A DNA stretch of 64,000 nucleotides from Schmidtea polychroa (Eukaryota), in the NCBI GenBank assembly GCA_044892525.1, contig CM097885.1:53384001-53448000 (forward strand). Reading direction: 5' to 3'. How positions within the stretch are numbered: the stretch's first letter is position 1; every line of letters begins with the position of its first letter. Both the position numbers and the translations under genes were made by a program. Of this stretch, positions 46,164 through 60,698 are shown in pieces. Below the pieces are notes generated by a model, which was given only the letters and a program-made list of their open reading frames with translations, did no database searches and was not told the origin of the DNA.

Positions 46164-47140
46164 TGGTGTCATGAGCAGTCACATTTGACACTACTTTTGT
46201 CAAAAATCGTCTGGCACAAGAAATAGAAGGCTCTATACTTAATTATAAGAAGATGCAAAAAATATATAAGAAAACAATTAAAAAACATTACCTCGTTTCT
46301 AGATATGTTTGAAATGGAAAAGAGGGTCTAAATTTTGCTTATTTAGACAATATTTCGATCCAAAGAGTTTATTCTAGATTGAATCAAGAGCAGATTTTGG
46401 AAAAGAATCAAATACCATGGAATAGTATTTGCGAATATTGATCAAGAAATATCTTTTAAGTACCAGACAGAGAGCAGAAGAATGTTGTGAAGATTTCAGT
46501 AGAGGAATGAAACGAGTCACAAAAGACAAAAAAGTAAGATAAAGTAAGAATTGAATTGTTGATTTTTAGAGGTTTTTGAATTGACATTATTAGAAGTATT
46601 TTAAAAATACTGAAACCAAAAACCCTAGATGAGATCATAGAATTAATCAAAGAGAAAGAACTCAAAAGAACCATAACACGATAGTCGCATTTCAGATGTT
46701 CGGGGATCGAATAATAAGACGAATAATAATATTCTCGTCGTGGCGCATACGAAATGAGTCATCATGGAAGATATATAAGAGTCGACAAAAAATGCAACAA
46801 TGTAGATTCAAGACTCAAAGAGGAGATAAGAGAATTAAAAGGAGTGATATCAATTCTCAAAATAGAACAATCAATACCTAGAAGGATAGATAAATCAAAA
46901 AATCAGATTTCAAAACAAAGCACAATTTATGGTGATTCGAATTATATTGCACGATTCTGCAAACAGGAAAAAAGGTAAATGTTTTTCATGTGAAAAATTT
47001 GGACATTTCTCTAGAGATTACTTGGATAAATGAAGTGTGTTTTAGATGCAATATGAATGGTCACATTATAAAGGATTGTTCTAAAAAGAGAGAGGTCAAA
47101 CGAATAGAATCGTTTATTTATCATCTTGAAATTTGAAGAT
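46164..47140 (+). pseudogene. Degenerate LTR-retrotransposon gag relic
   Basis: PBS-like TGGTGTCA at 46164. Broken frames ending in CFSCEKFGHFSRD and CFRCNMNGHIIKDC knuckles (~46980-47080). Confidence 0.6.
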
Positions 47141-48837
47141 ATTTTAAAAAAGACGAAAACGTGATCATTTTTCATATAAGTTTAGATTTTTCTAGATAAA
47201 ATTTTTCTAGATTTTCTAAATTTTTTAGATAAAAAGAGCACAATATAACACGGTATGTATTATCAAAATTAAGCGGATTATTTTCACTCATGTAAATTTA
47301 TTTAAATATGAATTTAAATTTAATTTTTTATACACTAAAATTTTAAATAATTTATTATTTATAACTTATTTTCTTTAGTCTTGACGTTACATATGCAACT
47401 GTATCCAAATATTTTTAATAAGTAAAACAAAAGCATAAAATCAATATTTTATAATAAAAAAGACCGACAATAATATTACAAATTGTTATTTCAAGAATTA
47501 AAAATTCGGAATTATTTAATATGTAACAATTCCGACTGTCATATATGGTTTTGTATGGTTATGAGATCAGATCAGTTATTTCGGGATTTATTAAAGAATT
47601 CAAAATTATTTCTTAAAATATTATAAATTTGTTAATTTCAAGTTTAAATTACTTAAATAATATCAGATAAATTCGATATTGTTATTCGCTCTTTTGATAG
47701 TAAAACCTCGATAATACGAAGTATTGGGATCCATGAGCGTCCGCAGGAATTTTTCCAGTGGGGGGGGGGGGGGGCAAAAAAAACAAAGTAGAGAACTTCT
47801 ACATATTAATGTAATACTCAAACATACAACAATTAGTATCATTTAAATTCTTGTTATGCTCATTTACGAAACAAAATTGTTACTATATATAATCAGATTA
47901 ATAATAGTATATTGATGATTTCAATTAAAAGTCACTTTTTTTATCTTTGAAACATTAATTTGATTTTGGGAATAAACAGAATCAAAAAATTTGAACATGG
48001 ATCTACCTTTATTTTCATTCATATATACCCTTATACCAATAGTTTAAGCTAACTTTCAAAAGGTTTTTGCAGGGATCCACCCTCATTTCCATTCGTTTAC
48101 TTCATTATCCCCTCTATCAATTTTTAAAGTTAACTCTCCACGATTTTTAGGTATCTACCTTTTTTTAAGTTTAACTATATTTTTCCAAAGTTTAATACGA
48201 TTAGTAAGACATTCGCTTGTTGATCTATGTCCCGTGTTATACATTAAGTCAAGGTGATGTTAATTACTCGCCAACATCACCCAATGGACTCTAGTGTGAT
48301 GAACGCTTAATGTTGTGTATTAAGACCTAGGAACTACGAACAAAATAAAATGCTTGACGAAGCTCCCGATCTTCCTATATAGAATTCACTATTGCCCGTA
48401 GCATTTCGCAGTTACTTGTTTTACCTGTTGAAAGCATGGCACGGACATGCAGAGGCATAAAAATGTAGACAACGGGGCGTCCAGTACGTTACAGTTTTTA
48501 ACTAGCTATCGTTCACGTTGGCCATACGAAGCTTACCGATAAACGGCGTAGTAAAATTACTCCAAATAATTGGCATAGTACAACTAGCATTCCCAAAGAT
48601 CGCAATCATATATAAATTTACTGACTTGCAGTTTTTTAGATGGTTGTGGGCCGAAAATGAATAGATTATTCACTATTGAAAGTGATTTTGCTTTAATAGA
48701 TGAACAAATTTAAACCAAAAATCCGTTCAATGATGTAATAAAATAACGACTTAATACAACGAAAATTCCTTTTTCAAAATTCGCTTCAGAAATTCTATAA
48801 CAACTGTTTACAAATTTTGGTTTTCCTAAAAGATTTT

Positions 48838-49605
48838 GCATAGGTTTTCATGTGACTGAAATGTGTCGGTATATATAGCTTGATTTCGGTGTGCAATTAT
48901 ATGTGCGTGCATTGATTCAGTAAAACAAATTTGAATTATTTTAATTCTGATTATTTTCAATTTTATCAATTTTGATGGCAATTTTTCGTAATTTATGATT
49001 TATTTTCTAAATTTTATATTTTTAATTAATTTCGCCGCCATGGTAGCTATGGGCATATTCTAGAATATTCTATGCTATTTTTATAATTTTATTAAATAAT
49101 TCCTATTTCATTTAATTAAATGATTTAATTCATATGTTATTTTATTTTAATATTTTGATAATTATGTTTTTAAATGTTATATTTTAGTTAGCTTTAATAA
49201 GCTACTTGGCGGCCATTATGGATTTCGCCATTTTTGCAGAATTTTATAGTCTTTCTGGTCATTTCTATTATAATGTTTATTCTTAATTAATTTTCTGATG
49301 ATGTTTTGTAAAATTCTTTCTCATTTCTATTCAAACTTTTTTTATAGTCATTAATTCAAATTTGTTTACTTCTGTTATATACATGCTTAAGTTGGTTTTC
49401 GTATTATATTTCTTGCCTTTTGTTTTGTTTTGCTTTAAATTCGTGTTTATCATTTTAATGTTAGATATTTTCTTTTTATTATGTTTAATTGATGTTTTAA
49501 CGTGTTTTTAATTTAACTCCACTTGATGTCGTGTCTACGTTCTATTTTCCAACCCACTCCGGCGCGTTACCTATACGCATTCCTAAAATAAGTTTTTACC
49601 CAACA
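48838..49605 (+). repeat. ~700-bp dispersed repeat, diverged copy 3
   Basis: Shares TGTGACT.AAATGT.TCGGTATATATA and later blocks with 35494-36181, and ends CCCAACA. Confidence 0.65.
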
Positions 49606-51229
49606 CTAGGAAAAGATGCACAATTAAAAAGAAATATTTAATTAACTATAAATGAATTGATGAACTCGCCAGATCATATAGGAAATTTAAAGAAAATGAT
49701 TGTCTAAAATTGTATTTGTTGGGCTATTAAAATTAATATAACAAATTATAAAATAGATAACTAATTAAATTACTCATTCTATTCTTTGAGAGGGGAAGAT
49801 AAAAAGAACGAAATCGATCTAAACATAACAAATAATAAAACAAAAAAATTTAAAGAAAAACAATAATCATCGAACCTATAAACATAAATGAAAAGAAATA
49901 CATATAAAAAGTGGAAATTAATTAAAAATAAAAAAAACAATTGTTGTTAATCTAAATTGAAAATAATAAATTTAAAAAAAAACAAATGAAAACTATTTCC
50001 ATGAACTATTGTATTCATTTTCTTCAAGCTATGTAGGGCATGAAGAAAACGATTCTTTAAGTAATTTAGAAGTAGTAAGTATAAAAGGGAGCGTAACAAG
50101 AAAGGCAAAACAATATTAATACTTTAAAAATTTTAGTCGATAAACGAAACCCATTAAAAAATATTTAAGCTGTTAGTGCTTCGAAAATATGTTTATATAT
50201 TTTAAGGCTGTTGATAGATTTATCATCAGCCTTTCCCTAAACGCCTTCATTTTTATTTTACTTTCTAGCATCTTTGTACCCATTGCGACGACCATGTCAG
50301 TAATGGGCGTAGTTTCTAAAAGTCAATAAGCAGGTGATCTATATTGCTAGAATTACTGGAACTACTCGTGATTACATTTTCACTGTCGGGTTCATCATTG
50401 CCGATAGAAAGTCTTACATCACTTTATCATTATAAATTCAATTCTGAGATTATTAATCTTTCTTGTTTTAGATTTGGTCATTGTATATTAATTAATGTTA
50501 CTTCCAAAAATTTGAGCAGAGATCTGTCATTGTTTTCAAAATGTAATTATGGATTTCTTAATGATTGTTACTTCCTGAGTATGGATTTCATTGTGAGCAT
50601 ACGTGACAAAAATGGTAGACATGCCATTACCAGACATCGACGGTGACTTGCCATATTTAAACTCAACATGGAATTCTTTGTCTATTTCTCCTTGTACTAG
50701 ATTACCCTCAAATCAATCGTTGAGAATTGTCCTACCCAGACCCGTCACGAAGCTCCTGTCACCTGTGCAAAGCGGACATTAAGATGAGTAGATAACAAGT
50801 GTCCATCACAGGGTTGACGCATTTCAGATCAGTCATCAAAACGAAACGAAGTAAAATGCAAAAATATATTATGATAACATTAACATATAAATTACTTTAC
50901 AAGTAGACTCGAAAAATAAATAATAAAAATTAAAAATTGTGTGTAATTGATCTTAAGTAATCCCATGCATTTCTGTTTGGATTCCAACGGCTGATAGCGC
51001 GTAACAATTTAATAAATAATGAAGATATAAAAAATGAAAATGAAAATTAATTATTACTATATTTTCTAGAATAATTAAAAAATGAATATCTAAGATAGTG
51101 CGCAATTTATCATTAGTAAGCACATACATAGATATCTGGATTCCAACGGCTGAAGGGTAACCATTTTGCTTGACTACCGAAATATCTTGTTATTCTGTTA
51201 AGGATGTTCCTATCTACTAAAATATTGCT

Positions 51230-51560
51230 TTATAAGTATTTCATTCAAACCTGATTCTTTTTTAATGACATTTACAAATTTCCAGATGCTTGAATGAAGA
51301 GCATTGTTCCGACTTTCGAAATTGTTATTGTCTTAGGAAAATCTTCATAGCAATTCCAAAATTGATGATTAAATTTAGGTGGATGGCAACTTATAAGAAT
51401 ATTAAGTCAGTCAACCAATTTTTCTCCAAAATATTCAAGTACGAGTTACATATCTTTCAAAAAAATATTGTCTGATATAAGGATACAAGAGCATTTATAA
51501 CCTTTTAGGGTGGTACAAATGCTATTGCTGCAAACATCCGCAATTTTAAACCATTGAAAG
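51230..51560 (-). pseudogene. MULE (Mutator-like) transposase relic
   Basis: Broken frames give LRMFAAIAFVP, LEYFGENWL, PPKFNHQFWNC and PKT/NNNFESRNNA, matching the MULE C-terminal YF..W / WN...RTNN..E pattern. Confidence 0.55.
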
Positions 51561-54479
51561 GGTACAATAGAAGATCAGATTCATCGAAAACAACATTTCT
51601 TTTAATTGTCATTATCAAATTCAATATTTCTATCCTGTGATTCGAAAATGACTCTCACTTGATATCTTGCCGAGTGAATTGCTATTTCACAAACACTTTC
51701 TTTTTCTAAAGCAATTTGATCATTATTTAGTAAAATTCGATTCATTAGATCAACGTAAATAAAATCAAACAAAAATGTGTTCAATACCCGAAACTTTCTT
51801 TTTCGCGATGAAGATATAATCACAACAGTAATAAATCCTCCAGTTTGTCTAGCTGGTACATCAATATTTTCCAGTGAAAAAAATTTCTAGCATTCAAGTT
51901 TTCGGCTTGTAACTTTATGGTAGCAGCATACGGATATGGAAAGACGTTTTCAAAATTTCCTGTTAGGAAATTTACACATTTTCAAGTGATGCGAGAACTT
52001 TTTTTTAGATTCAAGAGAGTGCAGAGCGCTAAAGAGGTTAAGAACTAATAAGGAATTTTTAGGGATTTTAATTTATATTGTAAAGTATTATAAACGAAAC
52101 AATATTGTAGAGTTTACATCGTCATATCAATATCATAAATCTTACACAGAACCCTCGAATAACGAGGTTAATTGCGTAAATCACAACTGTGTTATAAGAC
52201 TTGGAATTTTTGAAAAATAAATATTTAAAAACAAAAAATGGAGTACCGTGCAATTCAAAGGCTACCAGTGTATAGATACGCTCAGTAACGTGTGGAGAAA
52301 GGCTAAACTTTATAAACTTTTGTATTTTCACCATTAATATTTAAAAAATCCTATTTTAGTGAAAATACAAAAGAAAATACAAACATTCAATTACCTCAAA
52401 ATTTCAAAATTGTTTAATTCCACATATAAATTTAGAAGAACAACAGCTTAGTTTATACGAACTAATATTCCCTACAAAGCGAATTTTGTTAATACATTAG
52501 GTTTCATTTGCGCTCTCTTTGCTTCAGGAAAGTATAACACAATTACTTTATGGATCTTCAATTACAATAATTATAAAAAAATAATGATACAAATAAACAT
52601 TATAATATCGAGAATGTTGTCTATTAAAAATGGATATTTATATAATAATAAAAATAATTTATAAATCACATGTTTATAAAATTTTAGAGTACTAACTAGA
52701 TGCTAACATGTAATTACAGAGAAAAAAGAAAAACGGCAATTATTTTACCTGGTAGATGAGACGACTAAACGAGAATAAGAGATCGCGGTAACAGAACACA
52801 TTGGCAGTTTCTATGCAATCGAACTATCTGTAAGAATGACTAACAATGATTCGTTTAAAGTCAACCAATGAAAGAAGAATATTGATACAGTAAAACGATG
52901 ACAAACGACATACAAGTTCGATAGAGAAAAAATATCCGTACTTTATGAGTTAGAAATTATTATCGTCATCAAACTCATTTCTACTAAGTTCTTTTTTGAA
53001 AAAAAGCAACCAACTTATAATAAATATACAGTTTGCTCAGTTGAATCAATTATTTGTGAATTACTTAGTCATTGTTGATTCATTCGCTATTTATTTCAGC
53101 TTGATTTTATCGTTCAATTAGATTTATTCCACGAATTAATCTGGAAAACTTCCGTATAATACAATATAAACTTATTATGCCCGTCAAAAGCACGAAAAAT
53201 GTTTTAATCAGAGGAAAATTTCGAGTTCTCAAGCGCGTTAATACTGTCCACAGTCCTGATTATATGGACGAATTAGACAATTATATGAATGTGTCAGGAA
53301 TACAGGTAATAAATTGATATATTATGTTTATATATTACTGTTATATTTTTTATCATTTTTAACAGACTGTTACGAATTATATTGAATTAAAATCATATTA
53401 AAATGTTTTCTCAGATTCTGAATTGTTTTTCAAAAGTTTCTCATTTTCAAAAGATATTTATAAATTAATGGATTCTATTTAATTTGTATGCTATTAAATT
53501 TAATTCTTATCACTATTTATTTAACAATATAAACATTTATCAGAAAAAAAGATTAATTAACAATTAAAAATTTACTCTCAAACATTTAATGCTAAACATA
53601 GCCGATTGCGATTTGTTTATGACCTTGGTCCAACTAGACGCTTTTTATAAGTACTTCTAGATTACATAATAAATAATTTATTATAAAAATTGAACTTATC
53701 TCGATTTGAAAAAATGATACCAATATAAATTATTTTATCAATTTTTACTTAACTTCATTTGTTAGTTAAAGTAAAATTTTGAAACCTCATTTTGACCCTC
53801 TTTTACATACCCTATTGACTTGAAACTTTACATGCATGCGTAACTCTGACAACAATACAATAAAATCAATTTTAGGAAAATTTAAAATATAATAAATCAA
53901 TTTTTTTAAATTTTAAAATATTTAAATTTTACGTAATATGGATTTCACACTTCAAAAATACTAACAAAGACAAAACAATATAAACAAACAATTTTTAAAA
54001 GAAACTTGGCAGAATGTACTCTAAAAAGATAAAATAATTTTCTTAAGGTGTTTTATTTCAGAATTCAAGCCGGTAAACATTAAAATGTTACATTTATCCT
54101 GTAATCAATGTATCAAAAATATTTATACAAAGAAAACTCAGCACTTACCACACCTTTATTCTACTTTAGTTTTGAGGATAAAAGCACTACGAAAAATTAT
54201 TTTTTCCATTTTTATTACATTCTAATAAAAAATTGTTTTTTAAAATTATTATTATTATTATTAGGAGGTTCATCCTGTAAAACATTAAAATCAGATTTTG
54301 TTTCCATAAATTTTATTTCAGTAAATATCAAAATCAAATTATGTCTTCTTTAAACTTATTTAAACAAATTTTCTACGAAGATATTTTTAATTAAAATATC
54401 TTATATTTTTTTTAAAAATTAATCTAAAATTTAATTTTTAAAATTTTCAATTTAAAAATTTCTTCATCATAAAACTTCC

Positions 54480-57471
54480 TCATATCCCCCTTCTTAAGAA
54501 ATTTTTAAGTTTTTCCACATTTCTCTCGATCCTTTTTCCATCTTCATTTCTTAAGATGTATCGTCTGTCATGCACTTTCTCTATCACTTTGTACGGACCT
54601 TCATACCTGTCCTGGCCTTTGTGGCGTGTTTCTGCTTTTACTAATACTTCTTCTCCTACATTGAATTTTCTCCTTGTTTGTTCTTCTAGTTCTTTCTTTA
54701 TCGGTATTTCTTTGGACCTGTACCATTTTCCCCTGCTAATCTTTTTTCCAAAAACTATCTCTGCCGGGCTCTTCCTGTCGTTTTTTGTTTGGTTGCATTT
54801 AAAGTGAATTCGACTTCTGGTAATATATCTGCCCAATCCGTCTTCTTTCTATCCTGTAAAGTAGCATTTATCAAATCCCGTATTGTCCTGAATTGTCTTT
54901 CTATCTGACCGTTTGATTGGTGATGGTATGGACTCGAAAAACATAATTTAATATCTAGCATCTTTGTGAATTCTCTCAACATTCTTGATTCAAACGCCTT
55001 TCCGCAATCAACTCTTATCTCCTTTGGGCATCCAAATCTTAAAATCCACTTTTCTAAAATCGTTTTCTTTATTGTTTCTTCGTCTTGTTTTGTTATCGCT
55101 GTCAAGACTTGATACTTACTATACTGATCTATTATGCCCAATATATACTTCTTACGTCCTTTTGTTTCTGTCAACGGTTCACATATATCCACGAATATAA
55201 TTTCGAACATTTCCTTCGAATCTTGTTTTTTTACTGGTTCTTTCGTTGTTATTGTTAAAGCCTTGGTTTTTTGACAAATCTCACAACTTCGAACAATTTC
55301 CTGAATCTGACTCCACGGGTGTTTTCCAACATATCTATCTTTCATATAATCAGCTATCTTCTCGACTCCAGCATGACACAATAGTCTATGTATTTCCTTT
55401 ATTGTTTCTTGTAACTCATTTTCAGGTATCATCGTTTTCTTTCGTACTTCTTCTACAATTCCATGTTGGATGTTGCTTCTTCCTTCTTCTCTGATCGAGT
55501 CTAGTAATCTGGTTTTTATCTTTCCTTTCTTAGCTTCTTCGTGGGCCATTTGACATTGAACACAAGTGTCACATTTAGTTCTCGACACCATATCTGAATT
55601 TTGGTGATTAATACCCTTTCTGTATTCTACTCTTATATCTAAACTGCTCAAATAATTGATCCATGTTTGGAATTGTGAAGTAATCGGCTTCTAGGTTGTC
55701 ATCATAAACGTGATTGCCTTGTGGTCTGTCCTGAGCGTGAATCTTCTTCCGTAGAGATAGTGCTTAAAATGAATGCAAAAATAATATACCGCCAATAGTT
55801 CCTTCCTTGTAATACAATATCCTTTCTAGTGGCTCGTCATCGAGTGTGATCCATACGCAATTGCTCTTTCCTTTCCATCTTTATCTCTTTGTGAAAGTAC
55901 TGATCCAATGGTATCGAAACTAGCGTCGGTATCTAAAATGAACTCCTTTTTCAGATCCGGAAAACATAAGATTGGCGCCGTCGTGAGTGCTAATTTCAAT
56001 CCCTCAAACACGCTATTCGTTCCTTCACTCCATTCTAATTTTTTGTTACTTGGTCCGCTACATAATTGTTCTAACATCCTTGCCTTCTTTGCATAGTCAC
56101 TGATGAATCTTCTATAATAATTGCAAATACCTAAAACGCTTCGGAGTTTCTTTACGCAATTAGGCTTCCCAAAGTTCTGTATGGCCTGAATTTTAGATGG
56201 ATCTGTCTGTACTCCTTCCTTGCTGATTATGTGTCCTAAGAATCTGATTTCTTCCTTTATTATTTGGCATTTTTCTGGATTAATCCTTAGGCCTGCTTCC
56301 TCAATCGCCTTTAACACTTCTCCGAGTATTGTATAGTGTTTCTGCTTGAATAAATCAAGATGTCGTCCAAATACACCATTGCTCCCTTTATTTTGCCTAA
56401 TACTTTTGTCATCATTTCTTGGAACGTACCTGGTGCTGCTGCAATTCCAAACGGCATTCTGTTGAAACAATATTGTCCGTTCATTGTTGAGAAAGCTGTT
56501 TTCTCCTGTGATTCTTCTAGTTCCACTTGGTAATATGCATTACCTAGATCGATTGAGCTGAAAAAGACGGATCCTCCTAACAAATCCAACATCTCGTCTA
56601 TGTTTGGCATTGGAAATGCCTGCCTCTCTGTTACCGCGTTCAGCTGTCTAAAGTCCAAGCATAGTCTAATATCCTTTTTCACTTTTTTCCATACACATAT
56701 TAGCGGTGTATTCCATGGAGAGTTACATTTCCGTATAATTCCATTTTCGTACAAATTTTGTATTGCTTCTTCAATCTTTGATTCCAAATTTAGTGGTTGG
56801 CGATATGGTTTTATGTTTATCGGCTCACCTCTTGTAACTATCTTGTGTTTTACCAAATGTGTGCGACCCACATCCCATTTATCTGCCATAAACACGTTTC
56901 CACTGTTTGTTATAATTTCCTTTAATTTGTTATCTTCATTGATCTTTAACTGTTCCAACGCTCGTATCAATCGTTCTTCATCCTTTATTTTTCTGCCAAA
57001 TTTTGCTTCAATGTTACAAATATAGTTCTTGTCTTTTTCACTAGCCTCGATATCTTTAATTTTTAACAGTCTAAATCCAAATGTTTCTTGTAATTCGATT
57101 CCTCCAATCACATCTGGTGTCACTTTCTCCGCCACAATGAATATAACTTCCTTCGAAACATTTCCAATGGTTACTTGCACCTTCGTTTTTCCTATTGTCT
57201 CGATCGTACTCTCGTTTGCGCATCGTAACTTATCGTCACTTTTCGTCAATTGTTGTCCTCGTAGCTTGTTAAAACAGTTCACACTCATTACATTGATTCT
57301 TGCACCAGTGTCTAATAAACATTCGAAATTTTCCCCATTCATCCTTACTGTTATACTAGGCCTTCCTTGCATAGGAACCTGTATACTTTCTCGCTTACCC
57401 TTCCAACATTCTCCCACTTTTCTGCCCCTTGAGGATATCCCATCAAATTTTCTGTTAGAATATGGCTCCAA
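54480..57471 (-). pseudogene. pol: pol (PR-RT-RH-INT) split by frameshifts and stops
   Basis: LLDTGAR, WNTPLICV, YLDD (56311-57471); LDTDAS (55826-56470); HRLLCHAG...CEIC and SPYHHQSNGQIER (54755-55651); tail 54480-54836. Confidence 0.9.
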
Positions 57472-58579
57472 CCAACTCCTCTACTGGTGGAGCCCTGTTT
57501 TTTGGGTACGTCTTCCTAAAATTATCTTCATTTGTCTCTACACACGATTCACTTTCTTCTTCTTCCTCGATACCATTTATCCGACTGTATCTGTTTCCCG
57601 TGAATCTTTGTCTCTCCGTCGCTCTCCCGTACCTCATCTTTGTATAACACTCCTCGGATCTATGACCATTTCTGCTACATCTTTCACAACGTATTTCCTG
57701 ACACAATCTTCTTATATGACCTTCTTTCCCACATCCAAAACATCTTGGAGTTTTTTTATCTGGACAGTTTCTACTTATATGTCCGCTTCTATGACATGTC
57801 CAGCATTCTATTTTACCTTTTATTGGACAATCAATTTTCGTGTGTCCTATTTTGTGGCATAACCATCATTCTGGCATTTCTCTTCGGATACTTTCTTCTC
57901 TCTGTTCTTTCTTCTTGTATTTTACTCTTCTCTGTGGTTCCTGATAGACCACTCTGGCGTAACTTTTCATACTGTTTATCTGATCTCTTTGCTTGTCTAC
58001 TTTGTCCATCAGCATTAGTGTTTCCTTTATTTCTTCTGTGCTTTTTATCTTCCGTAGTATCACTTCTTTCTCAACTTCTTTATTCTCTGCACATACTATT
58101 AACATCCTTGCTGTTAATTTCTCTTTGGTAAATTCTTTATTTTCAAACAACCTATCAACAAGGTCCTCCACCTTTTTAAAATACGTTTCTATTTCTTCAC
58201 CCTTCCGCTTGTAATTCAACAAGTTTTGTAGATCCTTTAAAACATCTCTTTCGCGATCGAATGCCAATCGCAACCTAGCCTGGAATACTTCGGCTTTTTT
58301 CAGTGTTTTGGCATACACTTCCAGGATATCCTCATCAATCATGCAAGATGTTAATCTTTCCTGATCTTTCTTCTGCGTGATTCCCTTGGCGTCGAAATAA
58401 CTTTCGCATCTTTTAATGAACTTTTCCAAGTCGTCACCTTGGCAGAATACCTTTGGTAGCAATCTTTCGGTGATTGCGTCAGTGTTTACCGCTGCCACCA
58501 TATTAGGAGGCTCATCCTGTAAAACATTAAAATCAGATTTTGTTTCCATAAATTTTATTTCAGTAAATATCAATATCAA
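57455..58579 (-). pseudogene. gag: gag, frameshifted near 57866, with several CCHC knuckles
   Basis: ORFs 57866-58579 and 57455-57706, CERCSRNGHRSEEC. The ORF starts inside the LTR. Slippery A-AAA-AAC at 57497-57503. Confidence 0.85.
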
Positions 58580-58898
58580 ATTATATCTTCTTTAAACTTT
58601 AAACCAATTTTCTACGAAGATATTTTTAATTAAAATATCTTATATTTTTTTTAAAAGTTAATCTAAAATTTAATTTTTAAAATTTTCAATTTAAAAATTT
58701 CTTCATCATAAAACTTCCTCATAATTATTATTATAAGAACTATTTTCAATTTTCACCACTGATTTCTTTTCAATTGACATTGTATTTGTTAAAAAAAAAC
58801 TTGACTTTGAATCAGATATCGATGTCTTTTTTTGATATTCACGAATTTTCGGCCTTGCTTTTGTCTTGTGATTTTGATGTTATGATTATTAATGTTAT

Positions 58899-59037
58899 TA
58901 TAAAGTGTTGATTTTTTGGTAGCAGCATTAATTAAATTTTAAACAATTAAATGATAATTTAAGCCTTTTGCCGCGAATAATATATTTAATAGTTTAAAAT
59001 TTAATTAATGCTGCTACCAAGAAATCATCACTTTATA
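58899..59037. repeat. Short foldback / hairpin (MITE-like)
   Basis: TATAAAGTGTTGATTTTTTGGTAGCAGCATTAATTAAATTTTAAAC and its near-perfect reverse complement ending at 59037. Confidence 0.8.
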
Positions 59038-59044
59038 CTTTATT

Positions 59045-59048
<4 letters not shown>

Positions 59049-59143
<95 letters not shown>
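59049..59143. repeat. (TTA)n microsatellite
   Basis: Direct reading. Confidence 0.95.
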
Positions 59144-59513
59144 TTATTATAATTATTTTGAAGCTTCACATTTAAATGCGAAAGGTAACTTTAAAGCAAT
59201 CAAATAATAGGGCGATGTCTACAAAAATAATGTAATTGTTCAATTTGAATGTTTTTCAATCAAATACTCATAAGTAGGTGAAAAAAAGCTTTTTAATATT
59301 TTGTTTCACATGACATTTAATTTATAAAAATAAAGAAGAATGAATCAAAATTCTTTTGAAATATATATTTTTTCAATCTCACTGAATTTTTCATCGTTCT
59401 ACCTCCCCTATTTTGCAAAATCGCATTAATAAAAGTCATCATTTGTGTAATTAATTATATTCTGACGATCTTGTTCTATTTCTTTAACATTTTCCTTTTT
59501 AATCTCTATTATA

Positions 59514-60698
59514 TTAGGTTGAGCAAAAAGAAGTCCACTTTTACGTTCATTTTGAAGCTTTATTTAATATGGTTACAATCATTTGCTTTGACATAAAAAT
59601 GGCCACGGGTTTTCGATGAATTTTTGCCACTTAGAGTTTAACTTCATTATGCCACTTTCCCAAAACGAACTTTCCCTATTACCAAAAAACTGAGATAGCC
59701 AGTTTTCACAAACCTCCTTTGAGGTCAATTTCACAACACTAAGAGCGTTTATATAGACAAAACAGAGGATAATCACTTGGGGCCAGGTCCGAACTTTCCA
59801 ACCAAGTTCTCTGAACTTCTGGCGGGTCATCATGTATGTCTGAGGTCTGGAATTATACTTGTGGAACACAACGCCTCTCTTTTTGGCCAATTCTGGCCTC
59901 TTCTGGTCGATTGCTGCTTTCAATCGACCAAATTGCAAGAGAAATCCGAATTAAGTGTTTCAAAATTGGGGAGAAGCTCATAATAAATGATTCTTCCAAT
60001 TCCACAAACACACGCACGGTAATTTCTGGGCCGTCGATCCTTGTTTGGTCACCGGTTGAGCTGATTCGACGGCTTTAGACCATGAAATGTTTTGTTTGAG
60101 ATTTTTGTATGTGACCTATTTGTCGTCGCTAGTCACCAACCTCTTCACAATTGGCTCGATTTCGTTCCGTTTGGCCAAGGATTCACAGATAGAAACACAG
60201 TTCATCAAATTTTCTTCCGTCAACTCGTGCGGTATCCTAAACATCAAGCTTTTTTTTGAACCCAGTTTTATGCAAATGATTTTAAACTGTTTTGTGGTCG
60301 ATCTTTAGTTCCGGTGTACTTCAACCATTTCCAATATTTTATCGACATTTTCGACGATAGACCTTCCAGTACGTGGTACATCTTTCACATCAAACTTATC
60401 CTAACGAAATCGACGAAACCGAAATTGGGCCTGATTGGCTATTACAGTATTGGGAATATAAGTACCATTTACAATTTCAGCCGTCTGGCTTGCATTTTCA
60501 CCTTTATCGAAATAAAATGGTAAAATATACCGAATTTTTTTTGTTCATCGCCATCTTTAACGCTCTAACTTTCTGCTAAAGCTATCAATCACAACAATGG
60601 CAAAATGTACTTGACTTAATATGATAAATACAAAACAAGATATATACCGGCAATCCCATCTATCGACCAAATAATGGATTACTTTTTCCAAAACCTAA
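59514..60698 (-). mobile_element. Degenerate mariner element (mellifera-like)
   Basis: TA-TTAGGTT...AACCTAA-TA ends. Broken transposase with IPHELTEENL...ICESLAKRNEIEPIVKRLVTSDDK, LKAAIDQKRPEL and GIMKLNSKWQK. Confidence 0.85.

Larger units (their letters stand above)
54259..58723 (-). mobile_element. Full-length but frameshifted compact Ty3/Gypsy LTR retrotransposon, ~225-bp LTRs
   Basis: LTRs 58501-58723 and 54259-54484, element-sense termini TATGAGG...CCTAATA, ATTAT flanks within (TTA)n, PBS TGGTGGCAGCGGT (tRNA-Leu-like, ends 58500), PPT AAGAAGGGGGA. Confidence 0.92.

Noticed and set aside
47730..47785. CATGAGCGTCCGCAGGAATTTTTCCAG plus G-run, resembling a DNA transposon terminus
   Set aside because: No matching opposite TIR was found in the window.
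50230..50830. GC-richer segment with short ORFs
   Set aside because: Frames are interrupted and I recognise no family.
51600..51960. Possible Pif1/Helitron helicase relic (DVPARQTGG)
   Set aside because: A single short motif in broken frames; cannot be supported without a search.
56600..58214. Long plus-strand ORFs (141 aa, 277 aa, 163 aa)
   Set aside because: Antisense to the Gypsy gag/pol, with no recognisable motifs.
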